A stretch of DNA of 64,000 nt from an uncultured Bacillota bacterium (GCA_902492995.1 CABUNR010000001.1:1580-65579), one strand, 5' to 3'. Positions 9,079 through 21,806 are shown, numbered from the stretch's first letter. The notes: generated from the sequence alone by a model not told the origin. Numbers and translations are program-made.

Positions 9079-11532
9079 TTATTCTTCTTTTTCTTTATTT
9101 AATTCAACGATTTCATCTTCTTCTTGATGTTCAATAATTGCTACATTACTTACTGCTTGATTATCTTTTAAATTTATCAATTTTACACCTTGAGCAACGC
9201 GACCTGTAGTTGATATTTGAGTTATAGGTAATCTAATAATAATTCCACTATCTGTAATAATCATTAAGTCTTCATTTCCATCTATTATTTTAAATGAAAT
9301 AATATTTCCATTCTTTTCTGTAACATTAAGAGCTTTTACACCTTTGCTACCTCTATGAGTTTGCCTATATTCAGTTACACCAGTACGTTTTCCATATCCG
9401 TTTTTAGTAACAACTAATATTTGTTGTTCAAAATTTGCAACTTCACATCCAACACATATTCCATTTCCTATATCTATTCCATGAACACCTGATGCTGTTC
9501 TTCCCATTACTCTAATTTCAGATTCTTTAAATCTAATCATTCTACCATTTGAAGCACCTATTATTATTTCTTTTGTTCCATCTGTTTTTTTAGCAGATAT
9601 TAATTTATCATTTTCTTTTAAAGTAATAGCTATTTTTCCACTATTTCTAATATTATCAAATTCTTCTATTCTAGTCTTCTTAATTAAACCATTTTGTGTA
9701 CAAAATACAATAAAATGGTTTTGATCATTGTTTTCTACTTTTAACATTACGGTTACTTGTTCATTTTTTTCTATTGGAAGTAAATTGATTATAGGTAATC
9801 CTTTAGATTGTCTGCTATATTGTGGTACTTCATAACCTTTTATTCTATATACTTTGCCTTTATCAGTAAAGAATAAAATATAATCATGAGTAGTCATTGA
9901 AATTAATTGTTCAACAAAATCTTCTTCATTTGTAGACATTCCTTTAACTCCTACTCCACCTCTATTTTGAGTTTTATATGTCTCGCTATTAACTCTTTTT
10001 ATATATCCTTTATTTGTTAAAGTTATAACAATATCTTCAACTGGAATTAATGATTCATCTTCTATATATTCAATAGCTGTCATATCTATGTTAGTTCTTC
10101 TCTCATCACTAAATTTTTCTTTTATTTCAAGTAATTCTTTTTTTATTATTTCTAAAACTTTTTGTTCTGATGCTAAGATAGCTTTTAATTCTTCTATACG
10201 AATTAATAAATCCTTTAATTCATTTTCTATTTTATCTTTTTCTAAACCTGTTAATCTTCTTAATTTCATTTCAAGAATTGCTTCACATTGAATAATATCT
10301 AATTCAAACTTACTAGTTAATTGTTGCTTTGCTATTTCATCTGTTTTTGATGATTTTATTATCCTAATAACTTCATCTATATTATCTAAAGCAATTTTTA
10401 ATCCTTCTAAAATATGAACTCTTGCTTCACATTTATTTAAATCAAATTTTGATCTTCTTATAATTATTTCTTTTTGATAATCAATATATTTTGAAATAAT
10501 TTCTTTTAATGAAAGAATTTTAGGAGTTTTTTGATCTATCATCAAAAGATTAATACCATATGTTGTTTGTAATTGTGTATGCTTATATAAATTATTTAAT
10601 ACAACATTAGCATTAGCTTCTTTTTTTAAATATATAACAACCCTAACAGGATTTTCTAAATTAGATTCTTCATGTAAATCACTAATTCCATCAATAATTT
10701 TATCTCTTACTAACTGTCCAATTCTTTCTTGAAATTCTTTCTTATTAACTTGATAAGGTAACTCATTAACTATAATTCTACTTTTTCCATTTACTTCTTC
10801 TATTTCTACTTTACCACGAATAGTAATAGTTCCTTTTCCTGTTTCATATGCTTTTTTTATTCCACTATTACCTAAAATAGTACCACCTGTTGGAAAATCA
10901 GGACCCTTGATATATTGCATTAAATCTATTGTTTCTACTAAAGGATTATCTATATAAGCAACACATCCATCAATTACTTCACCAAGGTTATGTGGTGGAA
11001 TATTAGTAGCCATCCCTACTGCAATTCCCATTGATCCATTAACTAAAATATTTGGAAATCTAGATGGAAGAATTTCAGGTTCTTTTTCTGTTTCATCAAA
11101 ATTTGGTTTAAAATCTACAGTATCTTTATTAATATCTCTAACCATTTCAAGGGATAATTTAGAAAGACGTGCTTCTGTATAACGCATTGCAGCAGCACCA
11201 TCACCATCCATATTACCAAAGTTACCATGTCCATCTACCAACATATGTCTAAAACTAAATGGTTGAGCCATACGAACCATTGCTTCATATATACTTGAAT
11301 CACCATGTGGATGATATTTTCCCATTACATCTCCGACAATTCTTGCACTTTTACGATGTGGTTTATCAGCTGTGTAACCAGACTCAAACATAGAATATAA
11401 TATTCTACGATGAACAGGTTTTAAACCATCTCTTAAATCTGGTATTGCACGTGCAACTATTACACTCATAGAATATTCTAAGAAAGAATCTTTTACTTCT
11501 TGTACAATATTTTTTTCTATTATTCTATCCAT
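9079..11532 (-). CDS. gyrA: DNA gyrase subunit A
   Basis: 817 aa. Contains the AAAMRYTE active-site tyrosine region and C-terminal beta-pinwheel repeats. Lies downstream of gyrB. Confidence 0.97.
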   Translation of the reverse strand: MDRIIEKNIVQEVKDSFLEYSMSVIVARAIPDLRDGLKPVHRRILYSMFESGYTADKPHRKSARIVGDVMGKYHPHGDSSIYEAMVRMAQPFSFRHMLVDGHGNFGNMDGDGAAAMRYTEARLSKLSLEMVRDINKDTVDFKPNFDETEKEPEILPSRFPNILVNGSMGIAVGMATNIPPHNLGEVIDGCVAYIDNPLVETIDLMQYIKGPDFPTGGTILGNSGIKKAYETGKGTITIRGKVEIEEVNGKSRIIVNELPYQVNKKEFQERIGQLVRDKIIDGISDLHEESNLENPVRVVIYLKKEANANVVLNNLYKHTQLQTTYGINLLMIDQKTPKILSLKEIISKYIDYQKEIIIRRSKFDLNKCEARVHILEGLKIALDNIDEVIRIIKSSKTDEIAKQQLTSKFELDIIQCEAILEMKLRRLTGLEKDKIENELKDLLIRIEELKAILASEQKVLEIIKKELLEIKEKFSDERRTNIDMTAIEYIEDESLIPVEDIVITLTNKGYIKRVNSETYKTQNRGGVGVKGMSTNEEDFVEQLISMTTHDYILFFTDKGKVYRIKGYEVPQYSRQSKGLPIINLLPIEKNEQVTVMLKVENNDQNHFIVFCTQNGLIKKTRIEEFDNIRNSGKIAITLKENDKLISAKKTDGTKEIIIGASNGRMIRFKESEIRVMGRTASGVHGIDIGNGICVGCEVANFEQQILVVTKNGYGKRTGVTEYRQTHRGSKGVKALNVTEKNGNIISFKIIDGNEDLMIITDSGIIIRLPITQISTTGRVAQGVKLINLKDNQAVSNVAIIEHQEEDEIVELNKEKEE

Positions 11533-11541
11533 AATATCCTC

Positions 11542-13467
<1,926 letters not shown>

Positions 13468-14574
13468 TTATATAACATCTCCTTTTACTATTTTTCCATT
13501 TTCTATTTCTATTATTTTTGACTTTTTCATTATTTTTTCACTAATATTTTTTACATCTGTTGTTGTTATAATTACTTGTATATCATTATTTATATATTTA
13601 AGTAAATTATTTTTTTTATTTTCATCTAATTCACTAAATACATCATCTAATAATAAAATTGGTGTGTTGTCATTATATTTTTTAAATATTTCTATTTCTC
13701 CTAATTTTAAAGAAATAACTGCCATTCTTTGTTGACCTTGTGATCCATAATTTTTTAAGTTATTTTCATCTAAATAAAATTCTAAATCATCTTTATGTGG
13801 TCCTATTAATGTAGTTTTTAATTTTAATTCTTGATTTTTTATTTCTCTAAATTTTTCTATAAGATTATATTTTAACGAATCATAATTAAAATCTGTATTA
13901 TTTAAAGAATTTTTATATTTAATATTAAAACCACTTATTTTTGTTATATCATTATAAATTTTTTCTATATTTTCATTTAATTTTATTACAAATTTATTTC
14001 TTAATTTATAAATAATAATAGATTTTTCTATTAAATAATTAGTTAAAATATTTAAATAATTATCATCAATATAAGAATTTTTTAAATAATCATTTCTCAT
14101 TTTTAAAATTTTATTATATTCATTTAATATAACTAAATAATTACTGTTAAGTTGTGCTAATTCCAAATTTAAAAATCTTCTTCTTGATGCAGGCGAACCT
14201 TTTATTAATTCTAAATCTTCTGGATAAAATATAATTATATTCATATTTGATATATAATCACTATTTTTAACTATTATATTATTATCAATTTTTAATATTT
14301 TTTTTTTATTTTCTAATATTATTTCTAATTTAGAAGATATATTTTCTTGAACTAATTCCCCTTTAATTTTACATATTTTTTCATTTTTTTTTATTAAATT
14401 ATTATCTATAAATGATCTATGAGATTTTGTAATTCCTAAAACATATATACTTTCAAGTAAATTTGTCTTACCTTGACCATTATTTCCAATAATTATATTT
14501 AATCCTTTATTTAATTTTAGTTCTAAAGAATCGTAATTTCTAAAATTTGATATTTTTAAGTTAGAAATATACAT
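13468..14574 (-). CDS. recF: DNA replication and repair protein RecF
   Basis: Contains NFRNY and Walker A GNNGQGKTNLLE. The start is set at the second ATG (14574) because GAAGGT at 14586-14581 is too close to the first ATG at 14580. Confidence 0.92.
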   Translation of the reverse strand: MYISNLKISNFRNYDSLELKLNKGLNIIIGNNGQGKTNLLESIYVLGITKSHRSFIDNNLIKKNEKICKIKGELVQENISSKLEIILENKKKILKIDNNIIVKNSDYISNMNIIIFYPEDLELIKGSPASRRRFLNLELAQLNSNYLVILNEYNKILKMRNDYLKNSYIDDNYLNILTNYLIEKSIIIYKLRNKFVIKLNENIEKIYNDITKISGFNIKYKNSLNNTDFNYDSLKYNLIEKFREIKNQELKLKTTLIGPHKDDLEFYLDENNLKNYGSQGQQRMAVISLKLGEIEIFKKYNDNTPILLLDDVFSELDENKKNNLLKYINNDIQVIITTTDVKNISEKIMKKSKIIEIENGKIVKGDVI

Positions 14575-14688
14575 AAACATACCTTCTTTTTTTATTTAAA
14601 GTAGTTTTTTTTATATTTTATCGTTTTAGCACTACCTATACACCAAACTAATTATATCATAAAAAAAGGCAAAAAACAAAGAATAAAG

Positions 14689-14712
14689 AAAAAAACACTA
14701 ATTATTTAGTGC
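14689..14712 (-). terminator. rho-independent terminator after the ComK-family gene
   Basis: The minus strand forms CACUAA/UUAGUG around a 4-nt loop, followed by U7. A T-run on the plus side makes it potentially bidirectional. Confidence 0.5.
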
Positions 14713-14717
14713 TTTTT

Positions 14718-15167
14718 TTAATTATATTTTCTTTTTCTTAATGTTGATTCTAATAATGTAGCTCTATATATTTGATTTTGTAATGATTCATATGAAATAC
14801 TTAAATTAACTATAAAATTATTTTTAAATATAATTCTACTGGATTTTGAAAATTTTTCATAATTTTTTATATTATTTAATGCAACCCAATAACAATTATC
14901 AAATCTAGGTGAACTAGTTGGAAAAAAGACTATATTTAAATCTTCTTCAATAATAACAGGACTTTTATAATTTACACCTATTAAATTTTTTGTTCCTTCT
15001 AATCTACCTAATAATGAGCTTCCAAAATATTTACAACTATTATCAATTATTTCAGTTGATTTTAGATTTACTAAATATGTACCATTTACTTCTATTACTT
15101 TAGAAGTAGTTTTATCAACTGGAATAATTAATAAAGTATCAGAATTAATCTCATAACTATTTAACAT
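14718..15167 (-). CDS. ComK-family transcription factor (short form, 149 aa)
   Basis: Colinear by eye with B. subtilis ComK: SYEIN...IIDNSCKYFGSS...SPVII...IVFFPTSSPR...C.W...LSISYESLQNQIYRA compared with SYEVN...IVDRSCRFFGSS...PPIMV...IFLFPTLSST...CGW...LPISYNSFENQVYRT. GGAGGTG lies upstream of the ATG. Confidence 0.8.
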   Translation of the reverse strand: MLNSYEINSDTLLIIPVDKTTSKVIEVNGTYLVNLKSTEIIDNSCKYFGSSLLGRLEGTKNLIGVNYKSPVIIEEDLNIVFFPTSSPRFDNCYWVALNNIKNYEKFSKSSRIIFKNNFIVNLSISYESLQNQIYRATLLESTLRKRKYN

Positions 15168-15214
15168 AAATACACCTCCCCCTGTAAAATTTAATACTCT
15201 TATACTCTTTTTTC

Positions 15215-15243
15215 TTGTCGAAATTTGATGAATTTTGTCGAAA
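15215..15243. repeat. two direct 9-bp repeats TTGTCGAAA spaced 20 bp apart, upstream of the ComK-family gene
   Basis: ttgtcgaaa occurs at 15215-15223 and 15235-15243, 48-76 nt upstream of the ATG at 15167. Candidate operator. Confidence 0.35.
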
Positions 15244-15284
15244 AAATTAAAAAAATTAAAAAAAATACAAAAAAAAACATATAT

Positions 15285-16406
15285 TTAATATGTTCTTATA
15301 GGTACTATTAATTGAATTAAATCATCACTTTCAGGATTTTTTAATATAATAGGTTTTATTTCTCCATTAAATAAAATTTCAATTTCATCACTTTCAAGTG
15401 ATTTAATAGCATCAATCATATATTTAGAACTAAATGAAATTTTTATGTTATTATTTGTTTCATTTTTTATTAATAAATGTTCTTCAACATTTCCTATTTC
15501 AGGAATATTTGAAGAAATTTTCATATTTTCACCATTTACTTCTAAATTAATAATATTTTTTTCCTCTTCACTTGTTAAAAGTGATGCTCTATCTATTGCA
15601 TTATAATACTCATTTATATTTGCAACAATTTTAGTTTCAAAATTTTCTGGTATTAATTTTGATGTATCTGGAAAATTACCATTTATTAATTTTGTCAAAA
15701 GAATTATATTATTAAATTTGAATATGACTTTGTTATTAAATACATGCATATTTAAAACGTCATCATCATTACTATATAATCTTGTTAATTCTATTAAATT
15801 TTTTGTAGGTATTATTATATTAATATTTTCATTTATATTTTTATTTAATTTTACTATTTTTTTTGATAATCTATATGAATCGGTAGCTGTACATTCTAAT
15901 ATATTATCATATATTTTAAAATTAATTCCAGTTAAAACAGGTCTAGATTCTTGTTGAGAAGTAGCAAAACTTGTTTGCTTTATTATATTAGAAAAAACAG
16001 TTTTATTAATTTCAATTGGATTTTTACTATCTTCTAAATCAATTTCTGGAAAATCATCAGGATTATTACAATTAAGTTTAAATTCTGATGTAGATGTAGT
16101 TATAATAATTTTGTTATCTACTACTTCTTCTATATTAATATTTGTATTTGGTAATTTTTTTACTATTTCATATATATATCTACCAGATATTAGTATTTCT
16201 CCACATCTATCTATATTTTCTATATTTTCTTTTTTTATAAATGTTTTTATAGCTATTTCATTATCAGTACTTAATAAATAAAGTCCTTCATTCGTTAATT
16301 CAAATTTAATGCAATTAAGTATAGGAATTATATTCTTATTAGATATTCCCTTTATAGCATAATTTAAATGTTCCATTAAAATATTTTGTTTAATTTCAAA
16401 TTTCAT
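15285..16406 (-). CDS. dnaN: DNA polymerase III beta sliding clamp
   Basis: 373 aa with a typical DnaN N-terminus (MKFEI...L...) and three-domain length. AGGAGG RBS. Lies downstream of dnaA. Confidence 0.95.
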   Translation of the reverse strand: MKFEIKQNILMEHLNYAIKGISNKNIIPILNCIKFELTNEGLYLLSTDNEIAIKTFIKKENIENIDRCGEILISGRYIYEIVKKLPNTNINIEEVVDNKIIITTSTSEFKLNCNNPDDFPEIDLEDSKNPIEINKTVFSNIIKQTSFATSQQESRPVLTGINFKIYDNILECTATDSYRLSKKIVKLNKNINENINIIIPTKNLIELTRLYSNDDDVLNMHVFNNKVIFKFNNIILLTKLINGNFPDTSKLIPENFETKIVANINEYYNAIDRASLLTSEEEKNIINLEVNGENMKISSNIPEIGNVEEHLLIKNETNNNIKISFSSKYMIDAIKSLESDEIEILFNGEIKPIILKNPESDDLIQLIVPIRTY

Positions 16407-16539
16407 AAAAAACCTCCTAATTTATTATTATATTTTTATTTTATTATTATAGCAGTGGATATTGTGGAAAACAATATGTATCCTATAAAATATATAGGAT
16501 TATTAAAAATTTATTAACATTTATTTATAATATTATCCA
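16407..16539. other. oriC, dnaA-dnaN intergenic part: abutting DnaA boxes plus an A+T-only candidate unwinding element
   Basis: Boxes (complement strand) are ATATCCACT at 16454-16462 and TTTTCCACA at 16463-16471, plus TTATCCACT at 16533-16541. A GC dinucleotide at 16452-16453 is followed by ~35 nt with no G or C (16417-16451). Confidence 0.7.
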
Positions 16540-17895
16540 CTATTTAATTTGATTTATGAGTTTATTTATCTCAAATTTTAAATTTTCGTCATTTGATATT
16601 TGTTTTTTAATTTTATCAACAGAATGCATTACAGTAGTATGATCTTTTCCACCAAATTCTATTCCAATTTTAGTTAAAGGTTCTTCTAAAGATATTCTAC
16701 ATATATACATAGCTATTTGTCTTGGATATGCAATCGTACTTACTCTTTTTTTTGATTTTAAGTCCTCTACTTTTATATTATAATGATTTGCAACAATTTG
16801 TTGAACTTGATCAATTTTATTTTTTGATATAATTGTTTTAGAAAAATAGTCTTGTAACGCTTCTATAGCTAAATTCATATTTATATCAGAACCATTCATC
16901 ATTGTTGCATATGCAACTACCCTTGTAATAGCTCCTTCAAGTTTCCTTATATCACTAGTACAATTACTTGCAATATATTCTTTAACATCTTTAGGAAATG
17001 ATGAATTTAACATATTTGCTTCTATTTTATTATCTATAATATTCATTCTTAAATTAAAATCAGGTGGAAAAATATTAATAGTTAATCCCCAGTTAAACCT
17101 AGTAAGAAGTCTTTCTTCTAATAATTTTAAATCTTCAGGAGATCTATCGGATGAAATAATAATTTGTTTATTATTACCATATAAATCATTAAAAGTATTA
17201 AAGAATTCTTGTTGTGTTTGATAAGCGTTTCCAAGATATTGAATATCATCTATTATTAAAACATCAATATCACGATACTTTTTTTTAAAAATTTCAACAT
17301 TATCAAAATTATTTTGATTTTTTTTTCTAGTAATTCCAATAAAATCTTCAACAAATTTTTCACATGTAACATAAAGAACTCTTTTGTTCTTATTTTTTGT
17401 AATATAATTACCTATTGCATGCATTAAATGAGTTTTTCCAAGACCACTATTACCATATATAAAAAGTGGATTATACATTTGACCTGGATTTTCTGCAACA
17501 GCAACAGCAGTAGCATGTGCAAATTTATTACTTTCCCCTACTATAAAATTTTCAAAATTGTACTTACTGTTCAAATTGGTTTCAAAATTATCATTAGGTA
17601 CTCCTATTATATCAGTATTAATTTCAATATTATTTTCAATCTCTTCTTCTAGTACATATTCAAATTTAAAATTAGAACCAGAAACATCTGTAAAAACTTC
17701 TTCTATTAAATCATTATAATTTTCTTTTAAATTCTTTTTTTGAATATGCATTTGAACTAAAACAATTGCTTTATTATCAATTAATTTATATAATTTTGAA
17801 TCAGCAAACCAAGTATCATATGAAATTTTTGATACTTTTGTTTTTATGATATCTAAAGTAGCATTCCACAATTTAGAATTATTCAAATTTACCAC
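16540..17895 (-). CDS. dnaA: chromosomal replication initiator DnaA
   Basis: 451 aa with Walker A GNSGLGKTHL and the C-terminal DNA-binding signature GGKDHTTVMHS. The annotated GTG at 17895 abuts GAGG, so TTG at 17886 may be the real start. Confidence 0.96.
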   Translation of the reverse strand: MVNLNNSKLWNATLDIIKTKVSKISYDTWFADSKLYKLIDNKAIVLVQMHIQKKNLKENYNDLIEEVFTDVSGSNFKFEYVLEEEIENNIEINTDIIGVPNDNFETNLNSKYNFENFIVGESNKFAHATAVAVAENPGQMYNPLFIYGNSGLGKTHLMHAIGNYITKNKNKRVLYVTCEKFVEDFIGITRKKNQNNFDNVEIFKKKYRDIDVLIIDDIQYLGNAYQTQQEFFNTFNDLYGNNKQIIISSDRSPEDLKLLEERLLTRFNWGLTINIFPPDFNLRMNIIDNKIEANMLNSSFPKDVKEYIASNCTSDIRKLEGAITRVVAYATMMNGSDINMNLAIEALQDYFSKTIISKNKIDQVQQIVANHYNIKVEDLKSKKRVSTIAYPRQIAMYICRISLEEPLTKIGIEFGGKDHTTVMHSVDKIKKQISNDENLKFEINKLINQIK

Positions 17896-17916
17896 CCTCT
17901 GTTAATAACTAACATT

Positions 17917-17945
17917 ATTTTACATTAAAATAAGGTAAAAATCAA
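17917..17945 (-). promoter_or_regulatory. candidate dnaA promoter (TTGATT-17-TAAAAT on minus strand)
   Basis: The -35 lies at 17945-17940 and the -10 at 17922-17917. A DnaA box (17952-17960) lies immediately upstream of the -35. Confidence 0.45.
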
Positions 17946-18192
17946 AGAAAATGTGGAAAAAAATATCAAAATATTTAATTAACAAAATTATCCACAGCAA
18001 AAATAATATAAAATATCTAAAAAAATAATAAATTCACATCAACTGTGGAAAACTAAGTAACAATAAAATTAAATGTGCAATAATTTTCCACAATTAATGT
18101 TTAAAAATATCAAAATAAGTAAATATAAACCTAAAAATATGTGGAAAACTATTATTAAGCTGTAATTAATTAATAAAATTCATTAAAAATGT
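17946..18192. other. oriC, dnaA-upstream DnaA-box cluster
   Basis: Contains TTATCCACA at 17988-17996. TTTTCCACA or its complement TGTGGAAAA occurs at 17952-17960, 18044-18052, 18084-18092 and 18140-18148. Gene orientation and purine skew flip here. Confidence 0.85.
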
Positions 18193-18221
18193 TTGACAAA
18201 CAATAAAAAAGTATATATAAT
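18193..18221 (+). promoter_or_regulatory. consensus sigma-A promoter for rpmH (TTGACA-17-TATAAT)
   Basis: ttgaca at 18193-18198, a 17-nt spacer, and tataat at 18216-18221. Confidence 0.7.
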
Positions 18222-18260
18222 GAACTAAGCGAAGAAAATTTATATACAGGAGGTGTATTT

Positions 18261-18383
18261 ATGAAAAGAACTTATCAACCTAATAATAGAAGAAGAAGTA
18301 AAAAACAAGGTTTTTTTGCAAGAATGAAAACTAATATTATAAATAATAGAAGAAGAAAAGGACGTAAAGTATTATCTCGTTAA
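18261..18383 (+). CDS. rpmH: 50S ribosomal protein L34
   Basis: Not in the ORF track because it is short. It translates to [48 protein letters not shown] lies upstream. Confidence 0.95.
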   Translation: MKRTYQPNNRRRSKKQGFFARMKTNIINNRRRKGRKVLSR

Positions 18384-18384
18384 T

Positions 18385-18411
18385 AAAATCACTGTAATAA
18401 AGTGATTTTTT
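18385..18411 (+). terminator. stem-loop plus T-run between rpmH and rnpA
   Basis: AAAATCACT-gtaataa-AGTGATTTT forms a 9-bp stem that runs into TTTTTT. Confidence 0.6.
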
Positions 18412-18434
18412 GTATTATAATAAGGATTGATGTT

Positions 18435-18770
18435 ATGAAGAAAATAAATATTTTAAAAAAAAATAGTGATTTTAGTAGAATAGTAAAAAATGAAAAACCT
18501 TTTAAATATAAAGGATTTGTCGTATATGTGGAAAAAAATACAAATGATTATTATAAATTTGGCATAAGTGTTAGTAAAAAATTAACTAATGCGGTAGGAA
18601 GAAATAAAATAAAAAGACAAGTTAGAGAAATAATTTCTAAAAATAACTATGAAAATAATTTTAATTGTATTATAATAATAAGGAAAAGTTATTTAGAAAA
18701 TGATTATTTAAATAACCAAAAAGATTTAGATTATATATTCAGAAAAATAAAAATAATAAAGGAGAATTAA
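18435..18770 (+). CDS. rnpA: ribonuclease P protein component
   Basis: Contains the RNR-like motif AVGRNKIKRQVRE. The start is moved to ATG 18435 because the ORF-track start at 18402 lies inside the terminator hairpin. Confidence 0.88.
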   Translation: MKKINILKKNSDFSRIVKNEKPFKYKGFVVYVEKNTNDYYKFGISVSKKLTNAVGRNKIKRQVREIISKNNYENNFNCIIIIRKSYLENDYLNNQKDLDYIFRKIKIIKEN

Positions 18771-19715
18771 ATGAAAAAGAAAAAATATATAAAAATATTT
18801 ACAGTCTTGTTATTAATTTTGACATTAACAGGATGTACTACATATGGAAAAGATAAAAAAGGAAACGCTATATCTAATAAAAAAACAGGGCAAAGATTAG
18901 TTACAAATATATTATGTAAGCCAACTGATAAAGAAATGCTTAAAATATATGAAAATTATAACAAAGATTCGAAGAAAAAAGTAGAACTAGAAAAATTAGA
19001 AGAATGTAAGTCTATTAAAGTTACAGGAAAATATTATGATTTATGGACAAATATCTTTGTAAAACCATTAGCATGGTTCATAATTAAATTAGGAAATGTT
19101 TTAAAAAGTTATGGATTTGCTTTAATTTTAGCAACATTAATAATAAGATTAATTGCTTATCCATTTACAAAAAAAGCAGCACTACAATCTGAAAATATGA
19201 AAAAAGCAAGTCCTGAACTAGAAAAATTAGAAAAAAAATATAAAAATAAAAATGATCAAGAATCAATGATGAAAAAATCTCAAGAAATGATGTTTATTTA
19301 TAAAAAATATAATATTAATCCAATGAGTACATGTTTATTTTCATTATTTCAAATACCATTATTCTTTGCTTTTTATGAAGCTATAAGTAGAATACCAATT
19401 ATATTTGAAGAAAAATTTTTAGGTTTTGATTTAGGTGTAAGTCCTATGAATGCTGTTGTAATGGGTGAATATAAATATTTGATATTTATAGTTATAATAG
19501 CTTTAGCAACATACTTCTCATTTAAATTAAATAGTGGAGCATCTATGAGTAAAGAGCAAGAAAAACAGATGAAAACAATGTCAAATGTTATGGTTGTTAT
19601 TATGACACTTACAGCTTTTTCTATCTCAACTGGTATTGCATTTTATTGGGTAACTACAAATATATTTACTATAATTCAAAATTTAATAGTAAAGAGAGGT
19701 AAAAAAAATGCTTAA
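18771..19715 (+). CDS. yidC: membrane protein insertase YidC/SpoIIIJ (lipoprotein form)
   Basis: 314 aa with a signal peptide and lipobox LTLTGC, plus the YidC/Oxa1 TM core. Lies downstream of rnpA. Confidence 0.92.
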   Translation: MKKKKYIKIFTVLLLILTLTGCTTYGKDKKGNAISNKKTGQRLVTNILCKPTDKEMLKIYENYNKDSKKKVELEKLEECKSIKVTGKYYDLWTNIFVKPLAWFIIKLGNVLKSYGFALILATLIIRLIAYPFTKKAALQSENMKKASPELEKLEKKYKNKNDQESMMKKSQEMMFIYKKYNINPMSTCLFSLFQIPLFFAFYEAISRIPIIFEEKFLGFDLGVSPMNAVVMGEYKYLIFIVIIALATYFSFKLNSGASMSKEQEKQMKTMSNVMVVIMTLTAFSISTGIAFYWVTTNIFTIIQNLIVKRGKKNA

Positions 19716-20322
19716 TATAAAAGAATTTGAAGCAAAAACATTAGATGAAGCTTTAGAAAAAGCAATGGTAGAACTTAATTGTGAAAAAGAAAATTTATTA
19801 TATAATTATGAATTTATAGAAGCAAAATTATTTAAAAGTTCAAAATACAAAATAAATGTTGTTGAAAAATCTAATATAAAAGAATATTTAATAGATTATT
19901 TAAAAGAATTTTCATCAACAATAGGTATATCAATAGAATCAGAAATTTTATATAATAATGAAAGTTTTAATATAACTTTAGTAACAAGTAATAATTCTTT
20001 ATTAATAGGAAAAGAAGGAAAAAATTTACAAGCACTACAAAATATAATAAGACAAAGTTTAAAAGTTAAAACAGGTATTAATATAAAAGTTAATATAGAT
20101 ATTAGCAATTATAAACAAAAAAAATTAAACAATTTAGAAAATGAAATAAAAAAGATAGCAAAAGAAGTAGTAAAAACAAAAGTAGATGTATCACTTGATC
20201 CTATGAATTCATATGAAAGAAGATGTATTCATAGCTTAATAAGTGAATATGAAAACTTAACAACAGAAAGTGTTGGAGAAGGAAAAGAAAGACATATTAT
20301 TATTAAATATATAGAAAATTAA
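19708..20322 (+). CDS. jag: RNA-binding protein Jag/KhpB (KH + R3H domains)
   Basis: 204 aa. LIGKEGKNLQALQ is KH-like and SYERRCIHS is R3H. Synteny after yidC supports the call. Confidence 0.88.
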   Translation: MLNIKEFEAKTLDEALEKAMVELNCEKENLLYNYEFIEAKLFKSSKYKINVVEKSNIKEYLIDYLKEFSSTIGISIESEILYNNESFNITLVTSNNSLLIGKEGKNLQALQNIIRQSLKVKTGINIKVNIDISNYKQKKLNNLENEIKKIAKEVVKTKVDVSLDPMNSYERRCIHSLISEYENLTTESVGEGKERHIIIKYIEN

Positions 20323-20355
20323 AACACTTATGTGTTTTTTTTAAAAGGAGGACAA

Positions 20356-21711
20356 ATGGAAGATACAATAGCAGCAATATCTACATCAAGTGGAGTAGGA
20401 GCAATTTCTATTATAAGAGTAAGTGGAAAAGAATCTATAAATATAGTAAATAAAATATTTAAAGGAAAAGATTTAAATAATGTTAATACTCATACTATAA
20501 ATTATGGATATATAGTAGATAATAATAAAATAATAGATGAAGTATTAGTTAGTGTTATGAAAGAACCAAAAACTTTTACAACAGAAAATATAGTTGAAAT
20601 AAATTGTCATGGTGGTTACATAACTACAAAAAAAATATTAGAATTATTATTATTAAATGGTTGTCGTCTTGCAGAACCTGGTGAATTTACTAAAAGAGCT
20701 TTTTTAAATGGTAGAATAGATTTATTAGAAGCAGAAGCAGTAATGGACATTATTATTTCTAAAACTGAAAAAGCTTTATCACAAGCTATAAATCAATTAA
20801 GTGGAAATATATCAAATTTAATAAATGAATTAAAACAACAAGAATTAAAAATAATATCAAATATAGAAGTAAATATAGATTATCCTGAATATGAGGATAT
20901 AGAAGTTTTAACAAATGAAAAAATATTACCAGAATTAATTAATTTAAAAAATAAAATGAAAACAATAATAAAAAATAGCGAAGATGGAAGATTAGTAAAA
21001 GAAGGTATTAAAACAGCAATTATAGGAAAACCAAATGTAGGAAAAAGTAGTTTACTTAATATTTTATTAGAAGAAGAAAAAGCAATAGTAACAGATATAG
21101 AAGGTACAACAAGAGATATAGTAGAAGGTCAAGTAGTATTAGATGGAATTGTATTAAATATATTAGATACAGCAGGTATTAGACAAACAGATAATAAAGT
21201 AGAAGAAATAGGAGTAAAAAAAAGTATAGATTTAATAGATAAATCAGATTTAATTTTATTTGTACTAAATAATAATGAAAAAATAACACAAGAGGAATTA
21301 AATATAATAGAAAAAATAAAAACAAAAAAATATATAACAATAATAAATAAAAGTGATTTAGATAATAAATTAGAAATAGATAAATTAAATTTAAAAAATA
21401 TAATTTACACAAGTACTTTAAATAAAAAAGGAATAGATGAATTAAAAAATAAAATAATAGAGATATATAATTTAGAGGAAATAGAAAATAATGATATGAC
21501 ATATTTAAATAATGCAAGAAGTATATCTTTACTTAAAGAATCAATGAATTTAATAATAAGTTCAATAGAAAATATTAATAATAATTTTCCAATTGATATA
21601 GTTGAAATAGATATAAAAGAAAGTTGCAAAAAATTAAATGAAATATTAGGAGAAAATTATAATGAAAATTTATTAAATGAATTATTTTCTAATTTTTGTT
21701 TAGGAAAATAA
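20356..21711 (+). CDS. mnmE: tRNA modification GTPase MnmE
   Basis: Contains G-domain motif [12 protein letters not shown] and the C-terminal FCLGK. The start is set at ATG 20356, directly after AAAGGAGG. Confidence 0.94.
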   Translation: MEDTIAAISTSSGVGAISIIRVSGKESINIVNKIFKGKDLNNVNTHTINYGYIVDNNKIIDEVLVSVMKEPKTFTTENIVEINCHGGYITTKKILELLLLNGCRLAEPGEFTKRAFLNGRIDLLEAEAVMDIIISKTEKALSQAINQLSGNISNLINELKQQELKIISNIEVNIDYPEYEDIEVLTNEKILPELINLKNKMKTIIKNSEDGRLVKEGIKTAIIGKPNVGKSSLLNILLEEEKAIVTDIEGTTRDIVEGQVVLDGIVLNILDTAGIRQTDNKVEEIGVKKSIDLIDKSDLILFVLNNNEKITQEELNIIEKIKTKKYITIINKSDLDNKLEIDKLNLKNIIYTSTLNKKGIDELKNKIIEIYNLEEIENNDMTYLNNARSISLLKESMNLIISSIENINNNFPIDIVEIDIKESCKKLNEILGENYNENLLNELFSNFCLGK

Positions 21712-21806
21712 ATTATAATACAGGAAGGTTAAATAAATATTTAACTTTTTTCTTGTTAACTATAAAAAATAATAGTATAATAAAAAAGTCAAAAAGAGGT
21801 GTAATT

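Noticed and set aside
21179-21517. Numerous antisense or alternative-frame ORFs in the track (e.g. 3698-3922, 6179-6469, 7239-7544, 8002-8232, 8631-8912, 21179-21517, 22474-22746, 26240-26554, 29659-29973, 41469-41855, 47279-47536, 47598-48125, 49899-50239)
   Set aside because: All lie inside well-supported conserved genes on the opposite strand or in another frame. Their L/F/I/Y-rich translations are typical of antisense AT-rich coding DNA, and none has a convincing RBS.
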